Positions 9,395 through 20,036 of a DNA stretch of 64,000 bases are shown here, one piece after another. Each line of letters opens with the position of its first letter. Within the stretch, counting starts at the first letter, position 1. A program made the position numbers and the translations under genes. Origin of the DNA: an uncultured bacterium (GTDB taxonomy: Bacteria; Oederibacteriota; Oederibacteriia; Oederibacteriales; Oederibacteriaceae); the NCBI GenBank assembly GCA_965112635.1, contig OZ218778.1, positions 1,920,001-1,984,000 on the forward strand. Direction: 5' to 3'. The notes under the pieces are model-generated. The model ran no database searches and had not been told where the DNA came from. It worked only from the letters and a program-made list of their open reading frames with translations.

Positions 9395-10885
9395 ATGAAA
9401 GCCCGCAAAAGCGCCAATCCCAAATCCCATGACGGCCAAGCACTTGGGCCTTTGGCCGGTCTGGCGGTTATTTTTGCCCTGAGCCGCCTGCTATTTTTTT
9501 TGGCGGGAGTCCGCTTCGATGCCTCAGGCCTCAATAACCTCGCGCAATTCATTGACCCGGCTTTGCTGAAAAATAACCTATGGCAAAGTCTTTTTTACCT
9601 GCACAGCCAGCCTCCGCTTTACAACCTTTTCCTGGGTGTGGTCCTGCAGATTTTTCCGGGACATGAGACCGCAGCTTTCTATATTTTTTCTTTATTGACC
9701 GGGTTGGCGTTTTACCTTGCCTTATATCTTTTGATCAAAAGGCTCGAAGTGCCCGGGCCGATAAGCTGGGGCCTGACAGTTATTTTTATGGTCAGCCCGG
9801 CCAGCATCCTTTACGAGAACTGGCTTTTTTATACTTATCCTCTGGCCATGGTGCTTTGTTCGTCCGCTTATTTCCTGCACCGGTTCCTCAGCACCAAAAA
9901 ACTGAGACACGGAGCGATCTTTTTTTCATTGCTGGCAGTCCTGGCGTTGGTCCACAGTATGTTCCACCTGCTCTGGTTCGTCCTTGTCGGGGGTGTGCTT
10001 CTATGTTATTTCCCGGAAAAAAAGAAGGTGCTCCTTGCCTGCAGCGTGCCTTTCCTGATCATCCTGGCCTTGTATATCAAAAACTTTCTAGTCTTCGGGA
10101 GCTTCACTTCCAGTTCCTGGCTGGGGATGAACCTGTCCAGAGAAACGACCTTTATGATGCCTTTTCAGGAACGGAAGAGTTTGGCCGAGCGAGGGGAACT
10201 GTCGGTTTTTAGCCTGGTCCCAGCGTTCCCTCCGCTGGGGTTCTATGAAAACGAATGTCAGCCTCTCACTTCCACGGGCGTTGCCGTGTTGGACCAGAAG
10301 GTCAATTCCACAGGAGGTTACAACTTCAACCACGCGGAATATTTGGAAGCCTCCAAGATCTATTTCCGTGACGCCCTGTGGGTCATGAGCCGGCACCCGG
10401 AAGCTTATGGCAGGGGGATGGCGCATTCTTTCCTGTTCTATTTTTTACCCGCGAGCAATTACCACCGCCTTGACGGGAACCGCGAAAAGATCCGGGGCTG
10501 GGATGACGCCTTTAATTTCCTTTTCCAAGGCAGGGTGGCTGACCCTATGGCACCGGCCGCAGAAAGGGAAGCCATGAAGCAGTTGTATGTCCCGCCTTTT
10601 TGGAACATGAGCTTGCTCCTGGTCTGCGGGTTTCCTTTTTTGGCCTTGTTCGGCCTATGGCTGGCTTCAAAATCCCTGGAAAAAGCCCGGAAAAACCTTG
10701 CTTTTAGCCTAACTCTTCTCTTTGTGTGGTTTAATATCCTGTATGTGACCCTGGTGGGAAACTCCCTGGAAGTGGGCGAGAACAACCGGTTCCGTTTCAT
10801 TATAGATCCGCTTTATGTCGTGTTGCTGGCCCTGTTCCTCAAGATGGTTTGGGAAAAAATGACAAGGAGGTTTGCGAAAAAATGA
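9395..10885 (+). CDS. Polytopic membrane protein, probable GT-C glycosyltransferase
   Basis: Many TM segments with a periplasmic loop, 'HSQPPLYN', 'YENWLFYTYP' and C-terminal 'ENNRFR'; glycosylation-operon context. Confidence 0.55.
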   Translation: MKARKSANPKSHDGQALGPLAGLAVIFALSRLLFFLAGVRFDASGLNNLAQFIDPALLKNNLWQSLFYLHSQPPLYNLFLGVVLQIFPGHETAAFYIFSLLTGLAFYLALYLLIKRLEVPGPISWGLTVIFMVSPASILYENWLFYTYPLAMVLCSSAYFLHRFLSTKKLRHGAIFFSLLAVLALVHSMFHLLWFVLVGGVLLCYFPEKKKVLLACSVPFLIILALYIKNFLVFGSFTSSSWLGMNLSRETTFMMPFQERKSLAERGELSVFSLVPAFPPLGFYENECQPLTSTGVAVLDQKVNSTGGYNFNHAEYLEASKIYFRDALWVMSRHPEAYGRGMAHSFLFYFLPASNYHRLDGNREKIRGWDDAFNFLFQGRVADPMAPAAEREAMKQLYVPPFWNMSLLLVCGFPFLALFGLWLASKSLEKARKNLAFSLTLLFVWFNILYVTLVGNSLEVGENNRFRFIIDPLYVVLLALFLKMVWEKMTRRFAKK

Positions 10886-12255
10886 ACCTGTGGCTAATCT
10901 TTTTATTGACCCTGGCCAGCCGTTTGGTTTTCATCCACTTTAACGCAGCCGAGCACACGGACGCTATCTGGCAGATGACCCTGTTCCAGAACAGCACTGA
11001 CCTTTACCTGCCCCTTTATCCCGCCGTGATCTGGTGTGTGAACCTGGTCTGCCACAACCTGGAGCTGGCGGGGAAGCTTGTCTCCATGCTGGCAGGAGCA
11101 TTGCTGGTCCTGCCGCTTTACAAAATTACGGAAAGGGTGTTTTCCAAAAGCGCGGCCCTGGCGGTCCTGGGCCTCTACCTTTTGTCCCCGGAATTTATCC
11201 GCTGGGATGTTCGCATATCCGGCGACAGCCTGTTCGTTTTCTTTTTCCTGTGGGGTTTGGGGACTTGGCTTCATTTTTACCACAACAGGGACAAGGGGAG
11301 CCTGGGGTCCCTTATTTTTGTCGCGGGCCTGGCCAGTCTGACCAGGTTTGAGGGGATGAGTTTCCTGGGCCTGATCCTTCTGGCCCTGGTCCTTTATATC
11401 AAGGAGCGGAAAAAGGAAAAAGCTTCGCTCCCGTTCGCCTTGTCCTTCCTGCCCTGGCTGCTGCTTTATTTCTGGGTGCACCTCAGGGGGTTTGCTTTTG
11501 GCGGCTGGTATGAGTTGGGGTGGGGCTGGGGAAATCTATACGCTTTGCAGCAGCTCGCCCGTTATATGGGCGGCATCCTCGTGGTCCTGACCCTGCCGGT
11601 GTTTTTCCTGGCGTGTTACGGCCTGGGCCAGAGCCTCAAGGAGGGGAATAAAACTCAGAGAGTCCTGGTGTGGTCCTTTTTCTATTTTTTGTTGCTGTGG
11701 GCGGTCAGCCGCGCGTATATGATCGTTTTTACCACCAGGTATTTCTTGCCCATCCTAGCCGTCCTGCTCATTTTTGCCGGAGCGGGCCTGGCCAGCTTCA
11801 AGCTCAGGGCCAAAACCACGCTCCTTTGCCTGTGCCTAGTCTTTAACCTGGTCTTCACCGTCGTGTTCATGTGGTCGGAAAAAGATTTTTTTGGGGACAT
11901 CAAACGCAGCGCGGTGTTCATCAAAGACAATCTGCCCAAAGCGGTGGTGGCGTCCGACGAGCAGGTCAAAGTGCCTTTTTGGATGGGACGGCCGGTCGCC
12001 AGCCTGGACGGCCCGGTCCTAACCAAAGGAACGACCCATGTGGTACTGCATAGCTACTACAGCGACTTGACCAAGGCCGTGAGCCTGCTCCAGCAACATT
12101 ACCGGCTCAAGGTGGTGGATAGGGAAATTTCACAGGTCTGCCTTCTGCTGCCTGACTTCTATGTTTACAGCGAGCCCGCTCCCATCCCCAGCCTCACCAC
12201 CCGCAACCTTTACAAAGGGTTCGAAAGCGTGGTCCTGGAGGTCAGGGCTAAATAG
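10882..12255 (+). CDS. GT39/ArnT-like (PMT_2) membrane glycosyltransferase
   Basis: 'YLPLYP...GKLVSMLAG', 'SGDSLF', 'GLASLTRFEG' and 'RYFLP' motifs in a polytopic protein. Confidence 0.7.
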   Translation: MNLWLIFLLTLASRLVFIHFNAAEHTDAIWQMTLFQNSTDLYLPLYPAVIWCVNLVCHNLELAGKLVSMLAGALLVLPLYKITERVFSKSAALAVLGLYLLSPEFIRWDVRISGDSLFVFFFLWGLGTWLHFYHNRDKGSLGSLIFVAGLASLTRFEGMSFLGLILLALVLYIKERKKEKASLPFALSFLPWLLLYFWVHLRGFAFGGWYELGWGWGNLYALQQLARYMGGILVVLTLPVFFLACYGLGQSLKEGNKTQRVLVWSFFYFLLLWAVSRAYMIVFTTRYFLPILAVLLIFAGAGLASFKLRAKTTLLCLCLVFNLVFTVVFMWSEKDFFGDIKRSAVFIKDNLPKAVVASDEQVKVPFWMGRPVASLDGPVLTKGTTHVVLHSYYSDLTKAVSLLQQHYRLKVVDREISQVCLLLPDFYVYSEPAPIPSLTTRNLYKGFESVVLEVRAK

Positions 12256-12323
12256 GGATTTGATGGATATTTCTGATAGAATTGGACGCTAGTTACTAAA
12301 TCATTCCTGAGAAAAGAGAAGCG

Positions 12324-13301
12324 TTGATCAAAAAGATCTTTTCCTGGCAGAATCTATTAAGATACCTTCCGTTATTGCTTTTCGTTTATATCCTGTGGAG
12401 GGTAGACCTAAAGAAGACATGGGATATTCTCAAAGAGACGGACCTTTGGCAGTTAGGTTTGGGGTTTTTGTTCCTTTACCCGTTGGTCTTATGCAAATCC
12501 TGGCGCTGGCAGTACCTTTTAAAGATGCAAAACATCGCTTTCCCGCTGAATTCCGCTTTCCGTGGTTATCTGGCCAGCATTTTACTCGGGAATTTTACCC
12601 CTGCCAGGGCAGGGGATTTCGCGAGGATCTTCTATCTTAAACAGGAAAGGTCCGTGTCTTTTGGGAAAGGGTTTTCCAGCGTTCTCGTGGACCGTTTGCT
12701 GGACCTCGGGGTCCTGATGCTGCTGGGCGCCCTGGGTGTGGTGATCTTTTCCATGAGCAAAGAGATCTTCATCCTGGTTGCCGCGGCTTTCGCGGCGCTC
12801 GGGGGGGTGGCCGTGGTCATGCTCAGCAGGCGCCTGTCCAAGCCTTTTTTCAACCTGGTCTTTAAGAAGACGCCCTTAAAAAGGTTCCAGCACGGCGCCA
12901 TGGCGCATTATGACAGTTTTTTTGAGGGGATACAGGACTTCAAGAAATTGAAACTGATCATACCCGTTTTGCTCTCTTTTCTTTCCTATGTTTTCTTTTT
13001 CGGGACCTGCTATTGCCTTGCCCTGTCACTGAGATTCCCGATAAGCCTGTCTTACGTGGTTCTGACCAATACCATTTGCAACGTGGTCTCCGTATTGCCC
13101 GTCTCCGTGGCCGGGGTAGGCACCTGCGACGCCTGCCTTATCGGTCTTTTTAAAGCGATCCACCTGGGCGCCTCAGAAGCCATGGCCTACCGCTTTTTAC
13201 TTTTCTTCGTTTTCCAGATCGTCCTGAGCCTGTGGGGCGGGTTGACCCTGCTCAGGCATCCCCTTCCTCTGGACTGGAAAAAGAAAGTAGGCGAGGAGTG
13301 A
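12324..13301 (+). CDS. Lysylphosphatidylglycerol synthase TM-domain / UPF0104 flippase-like protein
   Basis: 'KSWRWQYLL', 'GNFTPARAGDFARIFYL', 'SVLVDRLLDL', 'LPVSVAGVG', 'YR'. Confidence 0.85.
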   Translation: MIKKIFSWQNLLRYLPLLLFVYILWRVDLKKTWDILKETDLWQLGLGFLFLYPLVLCKSWRWQYLLKMQNIAFPLNSAFRGYLASILLGNFTPARAGDFARIFYLKQERSVSFGKGFSSVLVDRLLDLGVLMLLGALGVVIFSMSKEIFILVAAAFAALGGVAVVMLSRRLSKPFFNLVFKKTPLKRFQHGAMAHYDSFFEGIQDFKKLKLIIPVLLSFLSYVFFFGTCYCLALSLRFPISLSYVVLTNTICNVVSVLPVSVAGVGTCDACLIGLFKAIHLGASEAMAYRFLLFFVFQIVLSLWGGLTLLRHPLPLDWKKKVGEE

Positions 13302-14308
13302 TCCCCTACGCCGTTGGTTTTGTCCTGGCGTTGTGCCTCAACTTCATCCTGACCCCGTTGGCCAAGCGGCTGGCCTTTGCCCTGGGTTTCGTGGACCATC
13401 CCGACAAGAAGCTCAAAGACCACCACAAGCCCACCCCCTATCTCGGCGGGGCAAGCCTGTTCGTCTCCTATGGGTTGAGCGTTTTGGCCGTGAAGCTTTA
13501 TTTTTTCCACACCATCTTCGGGGTCATCGGGATCCTGAGCGGGGGGTTCATCGTCCTGCTGCTGGGCCTGGCGGATGACTGGATGGTCTTTTCTCCTTCC
13601 GTCAAATTTTTCGGCCAGGCCGTGGCCGCGGTCGTCCTCCTCATCTGCTCCATCCACATCCGGTTCATCACGCTGGGCTGGCTCAGCGCCCTTGTGACCG
13701 TCCTGTGGGTGGTCGGGGTGACCAATGCCTTTAACCTCATCGATATCATGGACGGGCTGGCCGGAGGGGTCAGCCTCATCGCTGCCCTGACCTTTTTGGC
13801 GATCGCTTCGGAGACCCTGAAGCTCAACGACATGATCCTGTGCGCCTGTTTGGCCGGAGCCCTGATACCCTTTTTATGGCAGAACTTTTTCCCGGCCAAG
13901 ATCTTCATGGGCGACGCCGGGGCCCTCTTGCTGGGGTTCACCCTGGCCAGCGTCAGTATCGGCGAAAGTTATTCTCGGTTCAATGAAGTGGCGCTCATCT
14001 GCCCCCTGCTCATCCTGGCGGTGCCCTTGTTCGACACTTTTCTGGTCATGGGGATACGGCTGGCCCGCAAGACCTCACCGTTCCGCGGAAGCCACGACCA
14101 CCTGGCCCACCGCCTATGCCAGGCTGGTCTCAAACCCAAGCAGGCTGTGCTGACCCTGTATGCCAGCGCTGTAGTTTTGGGCCTGCTGGCCTTCCTGAGC
14201 ATCCATCTGCCCCTTCAGCTCGTCTATTTGATGTACGCCGTGCTCGGCTTGTTCGTGATCATCTTCGCGGTTTGGGTCTCCAGCATCAAGATGCCTCAAA
14301 CCAAGTGA
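13298..14308 (+). CDS. WecA/TagO-like undecaprenyl-phosphate HexNAc-1-phosphate transferase (MraY family)
   Basis: VDHPD, PTPYLGG, GLADD, NAFNLIDIMDGLAGG, PAKIFMGDAG, DHLAHRL. GTG start at 13298. Confidence 0.9.
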   Translation: MIPYAVGFVLALCLNFILTPLAKRLAFALGFVDHPDKKLKDHHKPTPYLGGASLFVSYGLSVLAVKLYFFHTIFGVIGILSGGFIVLLLGLADDWMVFSPSVKFFGQAVAAVVLLICSIHIRFITLGWLSALVTVLWVVGVTNAFNLIDIMDGLAGGVSLIAALTFLAIASETLKLNDMILCACLAGALIPFLWQNFFPAKIFMGDAGALLLGFTLASVSIGESYSRFNEVALICPLLILAVPLFDTFLVMGIRLARKTSPFRGSHDHLAHRLCQAGLKPKQAVLTLYASAVVLGLLAFLSIHLPLQLVYLMYAVLGLFVIIFAVWVSSIKMPQTK

Positions 14309-14319
14309 GGAGGGGAGGC

Positions 14320-15627
14320 TTGAGAGTGAAGGAGCCGATCGTCATCGTCGGGGCGGGTCTGGCCGGCCTGTCCACCGGCATCCATCTGGGCGGGAATAAT
14401 TGTATCTTGTTCGAAAAAGAGGAGAGGCCCGGGGGCCTGTGCCGGACCGAGAGGGTTAAAGGGTTTTCTTTTGATTACGCAGGACATTTCCTCCACTACG
14501 GAACGAGCGAGGCCAAGCATTTAGTCAAGCGTTTCCTGGGCGCCAACCAGGTGGCCAGGGAACGCCAGGCCTGGATCTACTCCAAAAAAGTTTTTACCCG
14601 CTATCCTTTCCAGGCCAACACTTTCGGCCTGCCCGACCCGGTCATTGAGGAATGCCTCAGCGGCCTGCTGGAAGCGCAGGCCCAGGCCAAGAGAGGCAAG
14701 CGGTTCTCGAATTTTAAAGAGCAGGTCCTGAAAACTTTTGGACAAGGGATCGCCAAACATTTCATGCTCCCCTACAATGCCAAGCTTTGGCGCGTTCCCC
14801 TGGACCAGCTGACCTGTGAATGGATGGGCCGGTTCGTGCCCGTCCCGTCCCTGGAGGAATTCCTAAAAGGGGCGGTGGGTAACCAGGAGACCAGGTTCGG
14901 GTATAACGCCAGGTTTTGGTATCCCAAAAAAGGGGGAATTGAAGCCTTAGCCAAGGCTATGGCCGCAAAACTTCCTTACCTGAAATGCGGCTATTGTTTG
15001 ACCAAACTTTCGGTCAAAAACAAGACCATTGAGTTCAACGGCCGGCTGCTGGCGCCCTTTGACCAGCTTGTTTCCACCGTGCCCCTGGTGGAGCTGGTCC
15101 GCAGTCTGGAGGACGCGCCCAGCGCGATACGCACGGCTGGCACAAAACTCCGCTGGAACAAACTCGTGGTGGTCAACCTGGGGACGAGCAGGCCGCTGGT
15201 CCACGATAAGCACTGGGTCTATGTGCCGGAAAAAGAGTTTGTCTTTTACAGGGTCGGTTTTCCCGGCCAGGCAGCCCCTGGCCTGGCTCCGCAGGGCCGC
15301 GGGTCGGTCAGCGCCGAAATATCTTTGAGCCCCTCCAGCAGGGTCGACTTGAAGGCCTTAGAAAAACGCGTGGAAAAAGATCTGGGGCGTATGGGTTTGC
15401 TGACCGCAAAAGACAGGGTCCTGGCCCGTGCTTCCATGGTTATTCCCTATGCCTATGTTATTTATGACAAAGAGCGTCGCCAAAGCGTGGATTTAATCCT
15501 AAAATACCTTAAAGAACATGGTATCTTTTCTATTGGCCGCTATGGAGCCTGGGAATACTCGGCCATGGAAGACGCGCTCCTGAGCGGCAAGAGAACGGCA
15601 GAGAAAATTTTTAGCAGGAGAGGTTAG
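14320..15627 (+). CDS. FAD-dependent oxidoreductase, UDP-galactopyranose mutase-like/HemY-like
   Basis: GAGLAGL Rossmann motif, GGLCRT, FDYAGH, YPFQAN, PYNAKLW, YPKKGG, GRYGAWEY. Confidence 0.75.
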   Translation: MRVKEPIVIVGAGLAGLSTGIHLGGNNCILFEKEERPGGLCRTERVKGFSFDYAGHFLHYGTSEAKHLVKRFLGANQVARERQAWIYSKKVFTRYPFQANTFGLPDPVIEECLSGLLEAQAQAKRGKRFSNFKEQVLKTFGQGIAKHFMLPYNAKLWRVPLDQLTCEWMGRFVPVPSLEEFLKGAVGNQETRFGYNARFWYPKKGGIEALAKAMAAKLPYLKCGYCLTKLSVKNKTIEFNGRLLAPFDQLVSTVPLVELVRSLEDAPSAIRTAGTKLRWNKLVVVNLGTSRPLVHDKHWVYVPEKEFVFYRVGFPGQAAPGLAPQGRGSVSAEISLSPSSRVDLKALEKRVEKDLGRMGLLTAKDRVLARASMVIPYAYVIYDKERRQSVDLILKYLKEHGIFSIGRYGAWEYSAMEDALLSGKRTAEKIFSRRG

Positions 15628-15630
15628 CCG

Positions 15631-16572
15631 ATGAAGTGTTTAGTGACCGGCGCAGCGGGTTTTATCGGGTCCCATTTGACCGACCGTTTGCTGGAGCAGG
15701 GCTGGGAGGTCGTGGGAATGGACAGCCTGACCCCCTATTATTCCCGCCAGCAAAAAAAGGACAATCTGAGCCTGGCCAGGCAAAGCAAGAAGTTCAAGTT
15801 CGTCCAAAAGGATGTTTTGAAAGCTGACCTTAAAAAACTTTTGGACGGCACCGCTTGCGTGTTCCATCTGGCCGCCCAGCCAGGTGTTTTAGCCAGCTGG
15901 GGAACCAATTTTTCCACCTATATCCGGGACAATGTGCTGACAACCCAAAAGCTCCTGGAGGCGGCCAGGGACAGCAAGATCAAGAAATTCGTCTACGCCT
16001 CCTCCTCCTCGGTTTACGGCAACAGCCCTTTGCCGATGAGGGAGGACGGGGTCACCCGGCCTTTTTCACCCTATGGGGTGACCAAACTGGCCGGTGAGAA
16101 TCTGGTGCAGCTTTACCATAAAAATTTCGGGGTGCCTTCCGTGTGCCTGCGTTACTTTACCGTGTTCGGGCCCAGGCAACGACCGGACATGGGGTTTTAC
16201 AAATTCATCTCGGCCATTTTGAGAGGGAAGAAGATCATCCTCTATGGGGACGGGCGGCAGTCCCGTGACGTGACCTATGTCGGGGACGTGGTGCAGGCCA
16301 ATTTGCTGGCCATGCTGACCAAAAGAACAGGGGAGATCTACAATGTGGGCGGGGGCAACCGCACCACGGTCAACCAGGTCATCAGGATGATGGAAAAACT
16401 GACCGGCCGCAAGGCGGGTGTCACCAGGATCAGCCGCCAAAAAGGGGATGTCCTGGATACAGAGGCCCACCAGGCCAAGAGCAGGAAAGAGCTGGGGTTC
16501 CATCCCCAGGTCGGGCTGGAGGCGGGCTTAAAGAAGCAGGTAGCCTGGATGAAAGGGAAGATGGCCGTATAG
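15631..16572 (+). CDS. NAD-dependent nucleotide-sugar epimerase/dehydratase (extended SDR)
   Basis: VTGAAGFIGSH, ASSSSVYG, YGVTK (YxxxK), LRYFTVFGPRQRPDM. Confidence 0.93.
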   Translation: MKCLVTGAAGFIGSHLTDRLLEQGWEVVGMDSLTPYYSRQQKKDNLSLARQSKKFKFVQKDVLKADLKKLLDGTACVFHLAAQPGVLASWGTNFSTYIRDNVLTTQKLLEAARDSKIKKFVYASSSSVYGNSPLPMREDGVTRPFSPYGVTKLAGENLVQLYHKNFGVPSVCLRYFTVFGPRQRPDMGFYKFISAILRGKKIILYGDGRQSRDVTYVGDVVQANLLAMLTKRTGEIYNVGGGNRTTVNQVIRMMEKLTGRKAGVTRISRQKGDVLDTEAHQAKSRKELGFHPQVGLEAGLKKQVAWMKGKMAV

Positions 16573-17748
16573 GTGGCAGCCGCAGACAAAAGCCCCAAAA
16601 AACTAAAGGTCATGCACCTGATCACCAAGCTGGAATTAGGCGGGGCCCAGCAGAACACGCTTTACTGCGTGGGGCATCACGACCGCCATCTCTTTGATGT
16701 ATCCCTGGCCTGCGGTAAAGGCGGCATCCTGGACCCTGAAGCAGCCAAGATCCCGCGAGCAAAGATATTCTTCCTGGATTGTCTCAGGCATCCCATCCAT
16801 CTATTCTATGACCTGGTTGCTTTGTTCAAATTGAGGGCGTTATTTAAACGCGAGAAGGTGGACATCCTGCACACCCACAGTTCCAAAGCCGGCATCCTGG
16901 GCAGGATCGCCGGAAGGATGGCCGGTGTACCGGTCATCATCCATACCTTTCATGGTTTTGGCTTCCATGATGAGCAGTCTTTTTTGGTACGGAAATTTTT
17001 TGTAACGCTGGAACGCTGGACCGCGAAATACAGCCAGGCCCTGATCGCAGTCTCCACCCAAAATGTGAAAAAGGGGCTGGCCAACAAGATCGGCCAGCCC
17101 AGGCAATACACAGTCATCCACAGCGGCATCCCGCTCCGGGAGTTCGTCAAAGCCAGGAGCGGCAAGCTCCGCAGAGAGATCCGTATCTCCCCGACAACCC
17201 CGCTGGTGGGCATGGTCGCCTGCTTGAAACCCCAAAAGGCGCCTGTTGATTTTGTGCTGGCTGCCGCAGAGGTGCACCGCCAAAGGCCGGAAGTCCAGTT
17301 CATCCTGGCAGGGGACGGCGAGCTCAGGCCGGAAGTGCAAAAGGCTGTCCGTGACCAGGGGTTAGGCAAGGTCATCCGCCTTTTAGGCTGGAGGCGTGAT
17401 GTGCCTGAGATCATGGCTGACCTGGATATTTTAACCTTGAGTTCCTTGTGGGAGGGCTTGCCCCGGGTATTCCCGCAGGCCATGGCCTGCGCTAAACCTA
17501 TCGTGGCGACCGCCGTGGACGGGGCCCTGGAGGCGATACAGAACGGCCGGCAGGGTTATCTGGTGCCGCCCCATGAACCCAAAGCTCTGGCCAAAAGAAT
17601 CGTCGACCTTGTGACTAATCCCGGTTTGGCCAAGCGGATGGGACTTAGCGGCCGGACCAAAGCACTCCAGGAGTTCGACATACAAAAGATGGTCAAGGAT
17701 ATCGAGAAGGTGTATTTGAAAGCCTGGAAGCAGGTCCGCGGCCGATGA
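16573..17748 (+). CDS. GT4 family glycosyltransferase
   Basis: GGAQ, HTHSSKAGILGR, PQKAP, SLWEGLP. Confidence 0.92.
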   Translation: MAAADKSPKKLKVMHLITKLELGGAQQNTLYCVGHHDRHLFDVSLACGKGGILDPEAAKIPRAKIFFLDCLRHPIHLFYDLVALFKLRALFKREKVDILHTHSSKAGILGRIAGRMAGVPVIIHTFHGFGFHDEQSFLVRKFFVTLERWTAKYSQALIAVSTQNVKKGLANKIGQPRQYTVIHSGIPLREFVKARSGKLRREIRISPTTPLVGMVACLKPQKAPVDFVLAAAEVHRQRPEVQFILAGDGELRPEVQKAVRDQGLGKVIRLLGWRRDVPEIMADLDILTLSSLWEGLPRVFPQAMACAKPIVATAVDGALEAIQNGRQGYLVPPHEPKALAKRIVDLVTNPGLAKRMGLSGRTKALQEFDIQKMVKDIEKVYLKAWKQVRGR

Positions 17749-19976
17749 ACTTACGGGGAAAACGCAGGACCCTTCCAAAGAAATTTTTCAGCTCCGAGAG
17801 TTCCAAAGAGCTGTTTCTATACCTGGGCATGTTCGTGTTTGTGGTCCTGTTCTTCGCACCTTTGTGGTTAAGCCAGCGTGTTGTTTGCTTCGGGGATGTT
17901 TCCAGGTTTTACTATCCCCTTAAATTTTTCGCGAGCAGCGAGCTCCAGCAGGGAAGACTGCCTCTTTGGAATCCGCATCTTTTTTGCGGGACCCCGCTTT
18001 TGGCCAACCTGCAGACCGCTATATTCAGCCCCTTGAGCCTGATCTGCTATCTTTTGCCTTTCCCGCAGTCGTTCAATTATTACCTGGTCGCCCATTTTGT
18101 CCTGGCCGGATGGTTCATGGTGCTGCTGCTCAGGAGCTGGCCGGCCGGAAGATTGGCCAGCCTCATCAGCGGAACGGCCTATGTGCTGGGAGGTTTTTTT
18201 GTTTCCTCCCTGCACCTGGTCAGCACCCTGTCGGCCATTGTCTGGGTGCCGCTGGCTGTGTTTTTTTTCAGGCGTCTCATCAGCCGGCCGGGATTTTTTA
18301 ACCTGCTTCCGGCAATGGTCAGCTGCGGGTTCGTATTTTTGGGAGGAGAGCCGACGGTTTTTCTGGAAACCTTCGGCCTTTTATTTTTTTACGCCTTGTT
18401 CAGCTCCACGGCAGCCCCAGAGCGACCGTTCCGTCAGTTATTTTTAAACCTGGGATGGCTGGTGGCGCTGGGGGCCGGGTCCCTGATCGTCATTTCCATC
18501 CAGTTGTTGCCGTTCCTGGAGCTGGTTGGGCAGTCCGTCAGGGGGAACGGCACGCCTGTCCAGGACGCCCTGGCTTGGTCCATCCCGCCAGCCCATCTTT
18601 TGACCCTTATTTTTCCGTTCCTTTACGGCAACCTCATTGAGCCCAACCAGTATCATTCCAGCCAGTTGTGGCTCAATAGTTTTTATCCGGGAGTCGCCGT
18701 GCTGTGCCTGGCTTTGCTGGCGTTTTTTTACCGTGAAAAGATGGAAGCGGCCTGGTTGTGGATCGTCGCCCTTTTGAGCGTCGAGATCTCCCTGGGGATC
18801 TTTACGCCTCTGTATCCCGGGCTATACAGGAATCTTCCGTTTTTTAATTACCTCCGCTATCCGGTCAGGTTCATTTTTTTGACTTCGTTAGTTCTGCCGA
18901 TCCTGGCCGGCTTGGGATGGGACGGCGTGATGGCGCTCAAGCCAAGGGACAGGTGGAAACCGGTCATGGCCCTGGCGGCCGTGCTGGTCCTGGCCGTGTT
19001 CCTGCTCATCATCCTCAATTGGTTCCAGGGGGTCAGTTTTTCCCTGGCCTGGAGAAGCCTGGGCATTGTCTGCGGGGTGATCCTGGCCCTGCTCCTGGCC
19101 ACGAAGAGCAAGGGGGCGTTCTTGGCGGGGTGCCTGGTCTTGGGACTGGTGTTTTTTGATCTCTTGAGTGTGCACGAGAGCGCCTATCAGACGGTCCAGG
19201 CCGGTCTTTTTACAGACCCGCCGCTAAGCCGATCCAAACTGACCAAAGAGGGAAGGCTGTTCCTGGACCGGTCCGCCGAGGAAAAGGGGGCGGTGATCTA
19301 CGGCCGGACCTACGATGAAGCCCTGGGGCAGGCCAAGAACTCCTATTTTACCAACCTGGGGCAGGTTTTCGGCGTGGATTACGTCAACGGCTATGATTCT
19401 TTGTTCCGCAGGGACACGCAGTTGTTCCTGGAGAGGCTGCGGCAGGATGACGACAGCCAGAAGTTCCTGCTCAATCTGGCCCACTGCCGTTATATCGTGA
19501 GCGCCAGGAAGCTGCAAAGCAAGGAATTTGCAGAGGTCAGCCAGAAACCGCTGTTCATCTACGAGAACCTGGCCTGCTGGCCAAAAGCAACTGTCGTCGG
19601 CGCCCAGAGGCAGGAAGGCGGTAATCTCATCCTGGATTGGAAAGAGCGGCAGGCCGTGGGAACAGCGGAAATAAAGCAGGATGATCCCGATAAAGCAGTG
19701 ATCGAGGCGGACCTGAAAAAAGCAGGAGTGGTGATCCTGGGCGAATCGTTCTATCCGGGATGGAAGGCGGAGGTGGATGGGGTAGAGAGCGCGATTTACC
19801 GGGTAGAAGGGGTGTTCCGCGGGGTTTTGGTCCCGGTGGGCAAGCATAAAATCGTTTATTATTACAGGCCAGGTTTATTTATTATTGGATCGATTGCCAG
19901 TTATTTAGCCCTGGCCGCAGGATTGGCCTTAGTTCTTATAAGAAGGTTATTACATAATACTAAACAGCGGGGCTAA
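17745..19976 (+). CDS. YfhO-family GT-C membrane protein
   Basis: 'GRLPLWNPHLFCGTPLLAN', 'QLLPFLE', 'RYPVRF', C-terminal 'SFYPGWKAEVDG...FRGVLVPVGKHKI'. Confidence 0.88.
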   Translation: MNLRGKRRTLPKKFFSSESSKELFLYLGMFVFVVLFFAPLWLSQRVVCFGDVSRFYYPLKFFASSELQQGRLPLWNPHLFCGTPLLANLQTAIFSPLSLICYLLPFPQSFNYYLVAHFVLAGWFMVLLLRSWPAGRLASLISGTAYVLGGFFVSSLHLVSTLSAIVWVPLAVFFFRRLISRPGFFNLLPAMVSCGFVFLGGEPTVFLETFGLLFFYALFSSTAAPERPFRQLFLNLGWLVALGAGSLIVISIQLLPFLELVGQSVRGNGTPVQDALAWSIPPAHLLTLIFPFLYGNLIEPNQYHSSQLWLNSFYPGVAVLCLALLAFFYREKMEAAWLWIVALLSVEISLGIFTPLYPGLYRNLPFFNYLRYPVRFIFLTSLVLPILAGLGWDGVMALKPRDRWKPVMALAAVLVLAVFLLIILNWFQGVSFSLAWRSLGIVCGVILALLLATKSKGAFLAGCLVLGLVFFDLLSVHESAYQTVQAGLFTDPPLSRSKLTKEGRLFLDRSAEEKGAVIYGRTYDEALGQAKNSYFTNLGQVFGVDYVNGYDSLFRRDTQLFLERLRQDDDSQKFLLNLAHCRYIVSARKLQSKEFAEVSQKPLFIYENLACWPKATVVGAQRQEGGNLILDWKERQAVGTAEIKQDDPDKAVIEADLKKAGVVILGESFYPGWKAEVDGVESAIYRVEGVFRGVLVPVGKHKIVYYYRPGLFIIGSIASYLALAAGLALVLIRRLLHNTKQRG

Positions 19977-20036
19977 GAGGATGTCATGAAAATCCTTTTA
20001 GAATAGGGATTTTTTCAGTTCTTATCAGGCTCTTTG

